From contig CAVYTA010000006.1 in assembly GCA_963771355.1 (NCBI GenBank), positions 704,001-768,000 of the forward strand: a stretch of DNA of 64,000 nucleotides. Reading direction: 5' to 3'. A program made the translations under genes and the position numbers. The stretch is from an uncultured Candidatus Rokubacteria bacterium. GTDB taxonomy: Bacteria > Methylomirabilota > Methylomirabilia > Rokubacteriales > CSP1-6. Positions 7,837-18,734 of the stretch are shown in pieces. Numbering within the stretch: position 1 is the stretch's first letter; each line of letters starts with the position of its first letter. The notes beneath the pieces are model-generated. The model was not told the DNA's origin. It saw nothing but the letters and a program-made list of their open reading frames with translations, and searched no databases.

Positions 7837-9804
7837 ATGTCTTCGCTCGATGCGCTTGCTCACCGAGTCAGCCGGGCGATCCATCGGCTGGATCCCTCCT
7901 TCCCGGTGATGACGGAATGGCCCAGCGTCGGCAGCGTCTGGCGGCGCGGGCGGGCGCGCTGGCTTCAGCCGATCTACGAGCGTGCCTATCTGTGGCGAGC
8001 GATACAGCGTCGTGGGCGGCTCCACGGGGTGACGTTCATCGGCGTGACCGGGAGCTCCGCGAAGACGACGACCAAGGAGCTGATCGCGGCCGTGCTCTCG
8101 ACGCGCCTGAAGGGCCAGCGGACCGGCGGGACGCTGAATACCACTCACGTGGTGGCGCGCACGGTTCGGCGAGTGGCTCCGGGCACCGAGTTCTGTGTGG
8201 TGGAGGTCGGGATGGGCCTCACCGGGCCGGGCACCCTCGATGCGACCCTGGCCGTGCTACAGCCGCGGATCGGGCTGGTCACCAATATCGGCACCGACCA
8301 TGCGAGCGCATTCACCTCGATCGAGGCGCTGGCGGCCGAAAAGGCGAAGATGATCGCCTGCCTTCCCCCGGACGGGATCGCGGTCTTGAATGCCGACGAT
8401 CCGCGAGTGCTGGCGATGCGGTCGCGGTTCGGCGGGCGGGTCATCACCTACGGCCGTGGCACCGATGCCGAGGTCCGCGCCGAGGACGTGAGCGGCGATT
8501 GGCCGGACCGGCTGGCGTTCACCTTGGTGCATGGCGGGCAGTCGTTCCGCGTGGGAACGCTCTTTGCCGGGCGGCACTGGGTGTACAGCGCCCTGGCCGC
8601 GGCCGCCGTCGGGGTGGCCATGGGGATTCCGCTGGAAGTCGCCGCCCGCGCGCTGGGTCAGGTAGCGCCCGCGCGCGGCCGGATGAGCGTCGAGAGGCAC
8701 CCTGACGGGGTGGACTTCGTTCGCGACGACTGGAAGGCGTCGGCCACCACCATGGCGGTACCTCTCGAGTTCATGAAGCACGCCCGGGCGACGCGGAAAG
8801 TGATCGTCCTCGGCTCGATCTCCGACCTTCCCGGCAACGATCGCCACTACGTGGCGGCGGTACGGCAAGCGGCCGAGGTGGCGGATATCGTGTGCTGTGT
8901 GGGGCCGACCGCCTTCAAGGCCCTGCGAGCGAAGGCGGGGCCCGACGATGAGCGGATCCGCGCGTTCAGCAGCTCGAAGGCGGTCTCCGACCACCTGCGG
9001 CTCATCCTGCGCCCGGGCGACCTGGTCCTGCTGAAGGGCTCGAATTCCGTGGATCACCTGGCCCGGATCGCCCTCGCTCGAGTGGGCACGGTGGCATGCT
9101 GGCAGGAAGGCTGCCGGAAACTCACACAATGCGATGCGTGCGAGCTGTTACAGGTCCCGTCTTCTCCCCAGCAAGTCGCCGCCGGTCCTCAGACGCCGTC
9201 GGACGAGACGGAGTCCGTGCCGTCCGGGGAGTCGCGGGGCGAGCCGGCGGGGCAGATCCTCGTCGGTCTTGGCAATCCCGCCGCTCGATATCGCCATACC
9301 CCCCACAATGTGGGGCACGCGGTGGTGGAGCATCTGGCCGAGAGCCTGGGCGCGGAATGGACCCGGGAGGCCGAGGCGGAGGTCGCACGGGCGGAGTGGA
9401 AGGGCGAGCCGATCTGTCTCGTGAAGCCCGCCGCCTGGATGAACGAGACCGGGCCCGCGCTATCTGCGCTGGCTCGGCGCCTGGGCGTGGGACCCGAGCA
9501 ATGTATTCTCGTCTACGACGACCTTGACCTGCCGCTGGGCAGCGTGCGGATGCGGATGCGGGGCAGCGACGGCGGGCACCGGGGCGTCCGCTCCGTGCTG
9601 GAGACATTCCAGACGGACCAGTTCCGGCGAGTCAAGGTTGGCGTCAAGCGCGCCGGCCCACCCCTATCCGGGATGTCGGAGGTCCTGACGCCCTTCACGG
9701 GGGACGAGGCGGCGGCGATGGCGCGGGTCTACCCGGAGGCCGTGGCCAAGCTGGCCGAGCTCCTGAGGACCGCGTCCCCGGCAAGTCGTGTGGCCTCGCA
9801 ATGA
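7837..9804 (+). CDS. Fusion of a MurF-like Mur ligase (central and C-terminal domains), a 4-Cys motif and a peptidyl-tRNA hydrolase domain
   Basis: Mur motifs: GVTGSSAKTTTKEL, VVEVG, TNIGTDH, EKAK, LNADD, GRM, LLKGS. Cys motif: CWQEGCRKLTQCDAC. Pth motifs: LVGLGNP, PHNVG, KPxxWMN, YDDLDLPLG, GSDGGHRG. Confidence 0.85.
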   Translation: MSSLDALAHRVSRAIHRLDPSFPVMTEWPSVGSVWRRGRARWLQPIYERAYLWRAIQRRGRLHGVTFIGVTGSSAKTTTKELIAAVLSTRLKGQRTGGTLNTTHVVARTVRRVAPGTEFCVVEVGMGLTGPGTLDATLAVLQPRIGLVTNIGTDHASAFTSIEALAAEKAKMIACLPPDGIAVLNADDPRVLAMRSRFGGRVITYGRGTDAEVRAEDVSGDWPDRLAFTLVHGGQSFRVGTLFAGRHWVYSALAAAAVGVAMGIPLEVAARALGQVAPARGRMSVERHPDGVDFVRDDWKASATTMAVPLEFMKHARATRKVIVLGSISDLPGNDRHYVAAVRQAAEVADIVCCVGPTAFKALRAKAGPDDERIRAFSSSKAVSDHLRLILRPGDLVLLKGSNSVDHLARIALARVGTVACWQEGCRKLTQCDACELLQVPSSPQQVAAGPQTPSDETESVPSGESRGEPAGQILVGLGNPAARYRHTPHNVGHAVVEHLAESLGAEWTREAEAEVARAEWKGEPICLVKPAAWMNETGPALSALARRLGVGPEQCILVYDDLDLPLGSVRMRMRGSDGGHRGVRSVLETFQTDQFRRVKVGVKRAGPPLSGMSEVLTPFTGDEAAAMARVYPEAVAKLAELLRTASPASRVASQ

Positions 9805-11042
9805 AATCCCTCGGTCCGGTCGGGGCCGCCGTATTCTGGCTGACGATGCTCACGGCCGTCGGACAAGCGCAGGGTCCCGAGCGGCGCGAGATCGGTCCGG
9901 ACGCTGATCTCTGCGCCGAGATCAACTCCCTCCCGCCCGGCGGAGAGCTACTCCTCCACGGCGGCGAGTACCGGGGGCCCTGCACGGTCTATCAAGGAGG
10001 ACTCCCGGGGAACCCGTCGGTGATCCGGGCCAAGTCGCCCGAGGCGCGTCCCCGGATCCTGTACGCGGATCGGACGTCCAATGTCTTCACCCTGCGCGCC
10101 GACCACCTCACCTTCCGGGACCTCGACCTGGGCCCCACCCAGCGGAACGTCGATGGCTTTCGCCTCCACTCCCGCGCCGGCATCACCATCGAGGGCTGCC
10201 GGTTCGAGGGACTCCGCGGGATCGCGGTGGCGGCCACGCACGTGTCCCTGCGAGGCCTCACCGTGCGCGGAAACAGGATCGAGGGCTCCGAGGCCACCGG
10301 CATGTACTTCGGTTGCCACGAGGGACATAGCTGCGAGGTCACCGATCTGGTGGTCGAGGGCAATCATATCCAGGGCGTGCGGGCGCCCGATCGCGAGATC
10401 GGGTACGGGGTGCAGGTCAAGCTCAACTCGGTCGGCATGATCCGCAACAACGTGATCGTGGACACCAAGGGGCCCGGCATCATGGTCTACGGCTCCCGGA
10501 TGCCGGACCGCATCTCGGTGGTGGAGCGCAATGTGGTGATGGGCTCGCTCCGCTCCTCCGGTATCGTGGTCGGCGGCGGCCCGGTGATCGTTCGCAACAA
10601 CGTGGTGATCGGCAATCACGAGGCGGGCATCGGGCTCGAGGACTACGGGCGGCGCGGGCTGCTGCGCGGGGTCATCGTCGTCCACAACACGGCCTACGGC
10701 AATCCGGGGGGCGGCATCGCCGTGCCCGACCACGGGTTGCGGGAGGCGGTGGTCGTCAACAATGCCGCCCACGCCCCCGTGGGGGCCGAGCCCCTCCCGT
10801 TACCGAGCGGAACGGTACGGGCGGCGGGCAATGTCAACTGTGCGATGACGCTCTGCTTCGAGAATCCGCAGGGTTACGACTTCTCGCCGGCTCCCGGTAG
10901 CCCGCTGCCGCATGGGGGGATCGCCGCGGTCGAGGCGTGGATGCCCACGGTGGACCTGTTCGGCGCGCCGCGGCGGGGTGTCCCTACCGCCGGCGCCATC
11001 GAGGGCCCCAACGGCCCCCTCCCGCTTCCGATACGGCCGTAG
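9801..11042 (+). CDS. Secreted right-handed parallel beta-helix protein (pectate-lyase-like fold)
   Basis: Signal peptide, PGGELLLHGGEY, repeated IRNNVIV/VERNVV/VRNNVV/VHNTAY coils, C-terminal DLFGAPR..AGAIE; ATGA overlap with the upstream gene. Confidence 0.8.
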   Translation: MKSLGPVGAAVFWLTMLTAVGQAQGPERREIGPDADLCAEINSLPPGGELLLHGGEYRGPCTVYQGGLPGNPSVIRAKSPEARPRILYADRTSNVFTLRADHLTFRDLDLGPTQRNVDGFRLHSRAGITIEGCRFEGLRGIAVAATHVSLRGLTVRGNRIEGSEATGMYFGCHEGHSCEVTDLVVEGNHIQGVRAPDREIGYGVQVKLNSVGMIRNNVIVDTKGPGIMVYGSRMPDRISVVERNVVMGSLRSSGIVVGGGPVIVRNNVVIGNHEAGIGLEDYGRRGLLRGVIVVHNTAYGNPGGGIAVPDHGLREAVVVNNAAHAPVGAEPLPLPSGTVRAAGNVNCAMTLCFENPQGYDFSPAPGSPLPHGGIAAVEAWMPTVDLFGAPRRGVPTAGAIEGPNGPLPLPIRP

Positions 11043-11068
11043 CAGGCCCGTGGGCGGGGCGGCACGCC

Positions 11069-12433
<1,365 letters not shown>

Positions 12434-12459
12434 GAGTCCGCTCCTGTGCGGGACATGCC

Positions 12460-13113
12460 CTAATGCGGGAGGCGCCGCGAGAGCTCGGGCAGGAACGCCT
12501 CGAGGAACTCGGCCTGTTGGGCGATCACCTGCGCTGGGCTCCCGTCCGGCGGCACTGGCGCGGCGACGCGGACCAAGGCGCCGTCGGCTCGGCGGTGCAC
12601 GATGCGGTTCCAAATGAGTCGCGCGCGGTAGAGATGGTCACTGCCGATTGTACCGCCGGGAAGCTGGTACCAGTACAGGATCACGACCCGCTGGTCTCCG
12701 CGCCGGACCAGCACGAGGTTCGCGGCGAGGGCGGAGGTGCCCGTCCGGGGTATGGACACCGTCTCCGAGCTCAGGTCGGTCCAGCCCCGGCGCGGATAGA
12801 CGAGATCGCCGGTCGCGGGTCGGCGGGTGTCGGTCTGGTTCGGGTAGTACCCGACGGCGACCCAGCTGGTCCGCGTGCCATCGGTGTATCCCCGGCCCAG
12901 GCTGTCCGCCGCCCGGGGATCGCGGGGCAAGATCTCGTCCGGGGGCGGCGCCGCCGGCCGCCATTCCGCCAGCACGCTGGGAATGGAGTCCAGGGGCAGC
13001 GGCAGGGGCATGTCCTGGGCGGCGCGGGGCAAGGCCAGGGCCGCGCCGGTGAGGACGAAGAGCGCCACCGTGACCAGGACGAAGCGCCCCTGGCGCGTCA
13101 CGAGCGCCACCAT
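12460..13113 (-). CDS. epsI: EpsI family protein (exosortase-associated)
   Basis: N-terminal anchor, GYYPNQ, GW, LYWYQ and RRADGALVRV; immediately follows the exosortase. Confidence 0.85.
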   Translation of the reverse strand: MVALVTRQGRFVLVTVALFVLTGAALALPRAAQDMPLPLPLDSIPSVLAEWRPAAPPPDEILPRDPRAADSLGRGYTDGTRTSWVAVGYYPNQTDTRRPATGDLVYPRRGWTDLSSETVSIPRTGTSALAANLVLVRRGDQRVVILYWYQLPGGTIGSDHLYRARLIWNRIVHRRADGALVRVAAPVPPDGSPAQVIAQQAEFLEAFLPELSRRLPH

Positions 13114-13991
13114 GCCGCCACCCGCCCCAGGATGGCGTCGAGCCCCAGCAGCAGGAGGAAGGTGAACATGAAGTTCACCGTCCCGTTGAACATGTGATAG
13201 CTCGTCTGCAGCGTCCAGGGCCCCACGTAGTACGCCAGCCAGGCCACGCTGGTGATCCGGATGATGTTGGCGACGATCGCCAGCGGCAGGGTCGCCAGGA
13301 CGAGGGCGATCTGGACCGGACGCGGCCGCCGGGTCACGAAGGAGTAGGCCACGCCCAGGGACAGGAGCGCCGCGATGGCCGGGATACTGCTGCAGGCATC
13401 CGCGACCTCGAGGGTGACATTCGGCAAGTGCAGCATGACCCCGTCGTGGTAGATGGGGACGCCGAGATGGCTCAACACCCAGGCCGAGACGTCCGCGTCG
13501 AGGAGGCGCGACCGGTAGGTGATCTGCTTCAGCGTGCCCCACGGGAGCGGAACCATCAGGGCCAGGTACGCGATGGCCACCCAGACCTGGGCCAGCACCT
13601 GCCACCCCGACAGGAAGAGGGTCAAGCCGAGCAGGATCACGGGCAGGGCCATGCGGGCCAGGAAGGACTCGTCGCCGAGCACGCCCACCACCAGCGCCGC
13701 CAGCCCCGGCAGGAGGGCGGCGAGCCCCCAGGCGGAGGGCTCGATGGGAGCCGCGCGAAGCTGATCCCGACGCGACCACACCAGGTACGCGGCGATGAAG
13801 GGAATGGCGAAGCCGTGGGAGAGGTTGGGGAACTCGGCCCACTCATGGACCAGGCCGGGCACGAGCGGGGCATAGAGCGCCAGCGCCCCCGCCGCCAGGG
13901 CGAGGAGAGGGATCCAGCGCCGGACGCCTCCGCCGGGCGCCGTCCCGATGTCGGCCACCGCGAGCTCGGGCACCTTCACCCCGATGCTCAT
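13098..13991 (-). CDS. xrt: Exosortase (EpsH family)
   Basis: Multi-TM protein with SHGF, catalytic Cys in LEVADACSS, Arg in NIIRI and His in YHMFNG. Confidence 0.93.
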   Translation of the reverse strand: MSIGVKVPELAVADIGTAPGGGVRRWIPLLALAAGALALYAPLVPGLVHEWAEFPNLSHGFAIPFIAAYLVWSRRDQLRAAPIEPSAWGLAALLPGLAALVVGVLGDESFLARMALPVILLGLTLFLSGWQVLAQVWVAIAYLALMVPLPWGTLKQITYRSRLLDADVSAWVLSHLGVPIYHDGVMLHLPNVTLEVADACSSIPAIAALLSLGVAYSFVTRRPRPVQIALVLATLPLAIVANIIRITSVAWLAYYVGPWTLQTSYHMFNGTVNFMFTFLLLLGLDAILGRVAAWWRS

Positions 13992-14007
13992 CGCTCGGCT
14001 CCGGCGG

Positions 14008-16128
14008 TCATTGCGCGGGTCCCTCGCGCCGGCGTGACTCCAGGGGCAGCCGGACCGCGATGCTGGTGCCACGTCCCACCGTGCTGCTCACGTCGATCCG
14101 TCCTCCATGCCCTTCTACGATACCCTTGGCATGATAGAGTCCGATGCCCCACCCGCCCCGCTTGGTCGAGCGGAAGGGCACGAAGAGGCCGCGCTTGATG
14201 AACTCCGGCGGCATGCCGCTGCCGGTGTCGGTCACCGTGAATACCGCCCAGCCGTCCGCTTCGTGGGTGCGGACGGTGACGGTGCCCTCGCCCTTCACGG
14301 CCTCCACCGCGTTGGTCACGAGATTCTGCAGCACCTTGAGCAGGGCATCCGGATCCCCGGGCACCGGGGCGAGGGGCGCGAACTCCTTGACGAGATGGAT
14401 GCGACCGCCGCCCCCCACCGGACGCGTCGCCTCGAGGGCGAGGGCGGCCAGGTCCACCGGCTGGAGACGGAGCTCGGTCGCCTCCGGGGCCGCCGAGAGC
14501 CGCGCGAGGAGGCTCTGCATCCGCTCCACCGTCCGGGACAGCGTACGGAGGGCGTCGCGCTGGAACTCCGGGTTCTCGAAGTGCTCGAGCGCGTTCGCGC
14601 TCAGCAGCGACAGCGCGGAGATGGAGTTCTTGAGGTCGTGGATCACGAACGACGTGAGGCGGTGGAACGCCTCGAACTCGCGCGCCTGGGCCAAGCGCTC
14701 CGAGAGCTGCGCGGTTACCACGGCGCCGGCCGCCTGCTCCGCCACCGTCGAGAAGAACTCCAGGTCCTCGGCTCGGTAGGGCGTGCCGGTCCGCTCCGGC
14801 CCGATCAGCATCACCCCGCTCACGGTGTCACGCCAGCGAAGGGCCACCGCGGCGGACTCCTCGAAGAACTGCGTGGCCAGGCTGAGGCCCTCGTACTCCG
14901 TTTGGAGGAGACCGCGGTCCTGCACCACCACCGGATCCGCGCGGGTCTCCAGGCGGCGGACCAGCGGGTCATCCGCCGCGAGCTGGGCGGGGGCCCGGTC
15001 CGCCTCCACCGCGCCGGCCAGATGGAAGCGCCCGTCGTGCTCGTCGCGGAGGTAGAGGACAGCCCGGGCAGCGCCGGCGGCCTCGGTGACCGCGCCCAGG
15101 ACGGCGCGGGCGAGATCCCCCTCGGAGAGGAGCGAGGCGAGGCGCCGCGTGAAGTTGGTCCACTGCTCCCGGTAGTCGTACTTGCTCCGGTAGAAATGGA
15201 AGGCGATGAAGCGCTTGAGGCGCCAGCGCACGTTTTCCGAGAGGAGCACCGAGGCGAGTCCGATGGCGGACACGAAGACCACCAGCGAGCTCCAGAAAAG
15301 CTCCTCGGGGATGCCGACATAGCTGAGGATCCAGCCCAGCGCCCCCACCACGAAGAGATAGGCGCCCAGCACGCCGACCACCACGGAGCGATACACGACC
15401 CGGCGCGACACCGTGAGGTCGGCGAGGAGGAGGCGCTCGCGAAGCAGCGAGGCCGCCATCACCAGGTTCGCGACGGAGACGGCGGCGGCGATGATGGTCA
15501 GGAAGACCGCCAGCACCACGTGGAAGAGCAGGATCTGGCTGAGCAGGAAGAAGCGCATCAGAAAGGTGGCGCCCAGCCCCAGCACGAGGTACTTGATCCG
15601 CCACCGGGTCTCGGTGGTCGAGGTCCGGAGACAAGCCTCCAGGCCGCCGAGCATGATCACGGTGGCGACGATCTGGACCGTCACGCTCCAGAGGGCCACC
15701 CGGTCGAGCCCGGCGGCGAAGAACGGTCCCGGTACGTCGGCGATCTGGAAGGCGGGCAGCGTCGCCACCGCAGTCGCCGCGCCCAGGAGCGCGACAGTGC
15801 CGGCGGCCACGACGAGACGCAGCGGCCGCGGCCAGGGGCGGCCGGCGGGCGCGCAGAGGCTGGCCACGAAGTAGCCCCACGGCACCAAGGTGAGGACGGA
15901 GACCGCGCTCCACGCCCGGAGCCAGAGCAACCGGTCCTCGGGGGACGAGGTGGCGGAGACCAGCACATAGGCGGCGCCGTTCTCCACCGCGAGGGCGAGC
16001 ATGCCCGCCGCGAAGATCCAGTGCGCGCCCGAGGATCGCCGGGGCCGGATCGCCAGGCCGCCGAGCAGCAGGCTGCTCAGCGCGGCGAAGGCGAAGATCA
16101 CGGTCCGGTAGGACATCACGAACTCCAT
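14008..16128 (-). CDS. prsK: PEP-CTERM system histidine kinase PrsK
   Basis: Multi-TM N-terminus, RWRIKY, HFYRSKYDYREQW, GAF domain, H-box SFVIHDLKN, NLVTNAVEA, DTGSGM and GWGIGLY. Confidence 0.93.
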   Translation of the reverse strand: MEFVMSYRTVIFAFAALSSLLLGGLAIRPRRSSGAHWIFAAGMLALAVENGAAYVLVSATSSPEDRLLWLRAWSAVSVLTLVPWGYFVASLCAPAGRPWPRPLRLVVAAGTVALLGAATAVATLPAFQIADVPGPFFAAGLDRVALWSVTVQIVATVIMLGGLEACLRTSTTETRWRIKYLVLGLGATFLMRFFLLSQILLFHVVLAVFLTIIAAAVSVANLVMAASLLRERLLLADLTVSRRVVYRSVVVGVLGAYLFVVGALGWILSYVGIPEELFWSSLVVFVSAIGLASVLLSENVRWRLKRFIAFHFYRSKYDYREQWTNFTRRLASLLSEGDLARAVLGAVTEAAGAARAVLYLRDEHDGRFHLAGAVEADRAPAQLAADDPLVRRLETRADPVVVQDRGLLQTEYEGLSLATQFFEESAAVALRWRDTVSGVMLIGPERTGTPYRAEDLEFFSTVAEQAAGAVVTAQLSERLAQAREFEAFHRLTSFVIHDLKNSISALSLLSANALEHFENPEFQRDALRTLSRTVERMQSLLARLSAAPEATELRLQPVDLAALALEATRPVGGGGRIHLVKEFAPLAPVPGDPDALLKVLQNLVTNAVEAVKGEGTVTVRTHEADGWAVFTVTDTGSGMPPEFIKRGLFVPFRSTKRGGWGIGLYHAKGIVEGHGGRIDVSSTVGRGTSIAVRLPLESRRREGPAQ

Positions 16129-16129
16129 C

Positions 16130-17494
16130 TCACGACGCCCCCAGCAGCTCGCCGAGGCGCTCGTCCGCCACGTGCGAGATCACATAGCGATGCTTGCCGG
16201 AAGCCGTGCTGAGGTCGTCCGCGACCTCCACCTCGACCGTGGCCGCCCCCTCGAAGAGCGCGGTCACCTGGGTGACGATGCGCTCGCGGAGCGCGGCGGA
16301 CAGGTCGCCGTCGGCAACGACTCGGACCAGCACCCGGTCCAGCTTTTCCTGGACGACCTGGAAGCTCTGCAGCCCCGGGAGCTCGCGTAGCACGTAGATG
16401 ACGGCCAGGGCGTGCATGACCTTCCCGGACGGCGTCACCAGGAAATCCGTGCGGCGGCCTTCGACGCGGGCCAGGCGTGGCAGCCCGCGTCCACAGCGGC
16501 ATGTCCCGGGCTCCAGCGCCCCGATGTCCCCGCTCCGGTAGCGGATGATCGGCATGGCGTGGGAGTCGAGATTGGTGAGGAGGAGCTCGCCGCTGCCCTC
16601 GGCCGCGCCCGCGGTGGGCAATACCTCCACCAGCATGCCCTCGGCCGCGATGTGCAGGCCGTGGTCGGGGCATTCGTTGGCGACCAGCCCCCCGTCACGG
16701 CATCCGTACTCGGTGGACGCCGGGCAGCCGAAGGCGCGCTCGATCGCCGTCCGCTGGAAGTCGAACAGGGGCTCGGCGGTGGTGAACACCGCGAGGGGAG
16801 CGTGGGCGGCGGGCAATCCTCCGGTCCGTGAGAGGTACCCGGCGAGAAGGGCGAGCGCGCTCGCGTACCCGTAGAGCTTTCGCGGGCGGACCCGGCGGAT
16901 CACCGCCGCGTAACGCGCCAGCGCCGCCTCGCCGAGGTCGAAGGCGGAGAGAAGCTGGGAGTTCAGCAGCCAGTCGCGGGCCGCCCGGGTCCGATCCTGC
17001 CGCCCGAGCTCGATGGGCGAACCCCAGAGGACGATCTCGTGCATGCCCATTTCGGCGCCGAACCAGCGATGCGCTCGGAGCCGCGTGGCGTCGGTGAAGG
17101 CTGCCCGCTCCCGGTCCACCAGCACGGTGACCGGCTGTCCCGTCGAGCCGCCGGTGCTCAGCCGCTGGACGCCGCGGAGCCGGCGGCGCGGCTGGAGATC
17201 GTCGAACCGCGTCCGGAGGATGTCCTTGGTCAGCGGTGGGATCCGGGCGAAGTCCGCCGGCGAGGTAATGCGGGCGGGCGAGAGCCCGTGGGAGTCAAGA
17301 AGCTCCCGGTAGTACGGCACCTCAGCATAGGCAAAGTCGAGGTGTCGCTTGACTCGCTCGAACTGGAGTGCCTGGAGCGCCTCCGGCGTCAGCCACTGGC
17401 TGCGCTCGAGCTCGGCGAGCCGCCGGTAGGTGGGCTTCCCCTTCGCCCACTCGTGCAGCGGGAAGACCACGCGGTTGACGAGCACAGGGAACAT
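16130..17494 (-). CDS. CapK-like / phenylacetate-CoA ligase family adenylate-forming protein
   Basis: LERSQWL, VPYYR, PPLTK, TGGSTGQP, EYGCRD, MPIIRYRSGD, EGR and SGKHRYV. Confidence 0.85.
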   Translation of the reverse strand: MFPVLVNRVVFPLHEWAKGKPTYRRLAELERSQWLTPEALQALQFERVKRHLDFAYAEVPYYRELLDSHGLSPARITSPADFARIPPLTKDILRTRFDDLQPRRRLRGVQRLSTGGSTGQPVTVLVDRERAAFTDATRLRAHRWFGAEMGMHEIVLWGSPIELGRQDRTRAARDWLLNSQLLSAFDLGEAALARYAAVIRRVRPRKLYGYASALALLAGYLSRTGGLPAAHAPLAVFTTAEPLFDFQRTAIERAFGCPASTEYGCRDGGLVANECPDHGLHIAAEGMLVEVLPTAGAAEGSGELLLTNLDSHAMPIIRYRSGDIGALEPGTCRCGRGLPRLARVEGRRTDFLVTPSGKVMHALAVIYVLRELPGLQSFQVVQEKLDRVLVRVVADGDLSAALRERIVTQVTALFEGAATVEVEVADDLSTASGKHRYVISHVADERLGELLGAS

Positions 17495-18732
17495 CAGCAG
17501 GGCCGCTCCGGCTCGCGGGTCAGCCCGGCCAGGGGGAGGCCCGCCGTCCCGCCCGGGCCCGTCATGGCGCGCAGCTCCTCCAGCACCGCCGTCACCGCCA
17601 AATCCCAGGAATGCGCGCGCGCGTGCGCCACGAGGGCCCTGCGATCCCAGTCGCGCTGGAGCGCTTCCCGCAATGCGGAGCCGAGCGCCGCGTCATCGTT
17701 CGCGGGCACCAGGGTGCCGAGGCCCGGATGGGTGACGATCTCGGAATTGCCGCCCACGCGCGTGCTGACGACCGGCACGCCGCAGGCCAGCGACTCGAGC
17801 AGCACGTTGGCCCAGCCCTCGGAGCGTGTCGCGAGGCAGAACACGTTCGCGGCGGCGAGCCAGAGCGGGATCTCCCCGTGCGGGCGCTCCCCCGCGAGCA
17901 GGACGCGCCCCTCGAGGCCCGCCCGCGCGATCTCCCGCTCGATGAGGGGGCGGGAGCTGTCGCTCGGACGGTCGACGCCCACGACGACGTAGAGAAGGTC
18001 GGGATGACGCCGGACGAGCTCAGGCAGCGCCGCCACCACCCGGTGATGGCCCTTGCCCTCGTTGAGCCCCCCCACGGAAAGCACGATGGTGCGGTCCACG
18101 GGAAGACCGACCGCGCGGCGGGCGGCCTCGCGGTCACGCGGATGGAACCGCTCCACGTCTACCCCGTTCGGGACCACGCGGATGCGTTCGGCCGGCACGC
18201 CGAGGCTCACCGCCACGTCACGCAGCGACCGACTCACCGCCAGTACGCGCGCGGCGCGGGTGAGGGCATAGCGGATCTGAGGACGATGCAGCGGGTAGTT
18301 CACCAGCCGGACGATGCTGCCGCGCAGGGTGATCATCACGGGCAACCCGAGCGCACGCCCGAGCAGGATACCGGCCATCCCGTCGGGATAGGCGAAGTGG
18401 GCGTCGATGGCGTCGAAGGGAAACTCGCGCCGGAGCCGGCGAAGATACGGGAGCAGCGAGACCGCGTAGGTGGCGCCGTCGAGCCACTTGTGGTAGCGGG
18501 GCACGCAGAAGAAGGGCGGATGGTGGACCTCGAGCCCGTCCTGCCATTCGACGCGCGGGATCCCGACCCAGCGGTCCCCGCGGATGCGGCCATTGAACGG
18601 GAACCACGGGATAGGCGCGACCACGCGGACCTCGGCTTGCCGGGCCACCCGGCTCATTCGCTCGCGGATGAACACGCCGAGGGTCGGCTGCTTGGGGTTC
18701 GGAAAGGTGGAGCTCAGGACCAGGACGCGCAT
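17494..18732 (-). CDS. Glycosyltransferase family 4 (TuaC-like)
   Basis: FPNP..GVF, DAHFAYPDG, NGVD, KG and EGWANVLLESLACGVPVV. Confidence 0.9.
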   Translation of the reverse strand: MRVLVLSSTFPNPKQPTLGVFIRERMSRVARQAEVRVVAPIPWFPFNGRIRGDRWVGIPRVEWQDGLEVHHPPFFCVPRYHKWLDGATYAVSLLPYLRRLRREFPFDAIDAHFAYPDGMAGILLGRALGLPVMITLRGSIVRLVNYPLHRPQIRYALTRAARVLAVSRSLRDVAVSLGVPAERIRVVPNGVDVERFHPRDREAARRAVGLPVDRTIVLSVGGLNEGKGHHRVVAALPELVRRHPDLLYVVVGVDRPSDSSRPLIEREIARAGLEGRVLLAGERPHGEIPLWLAAANVFCLATRSEGWANVLLESLACGVPVVSTRVGGNSEIVTHPGLGTLVPANDDAALGSALREALQRDWDRRALVAHARAHSWDLAVTAVLEELRAMTGPGGTAGLPLAGLTREPERPC

Positions 18733-18734
18733 GC

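Noticed and set aside
7837..9100. Housekeeping murF
   Set aside because: It lacks the N-terminal domain motifs and the YNAN motif, is fused to Pth and has no dcw neighbours.
11000..11042. GPLPLPIRP C-terminus of the beta-helix protein as a sorting signal
   Set aside because: No transmembrane helix or basic tail follows.
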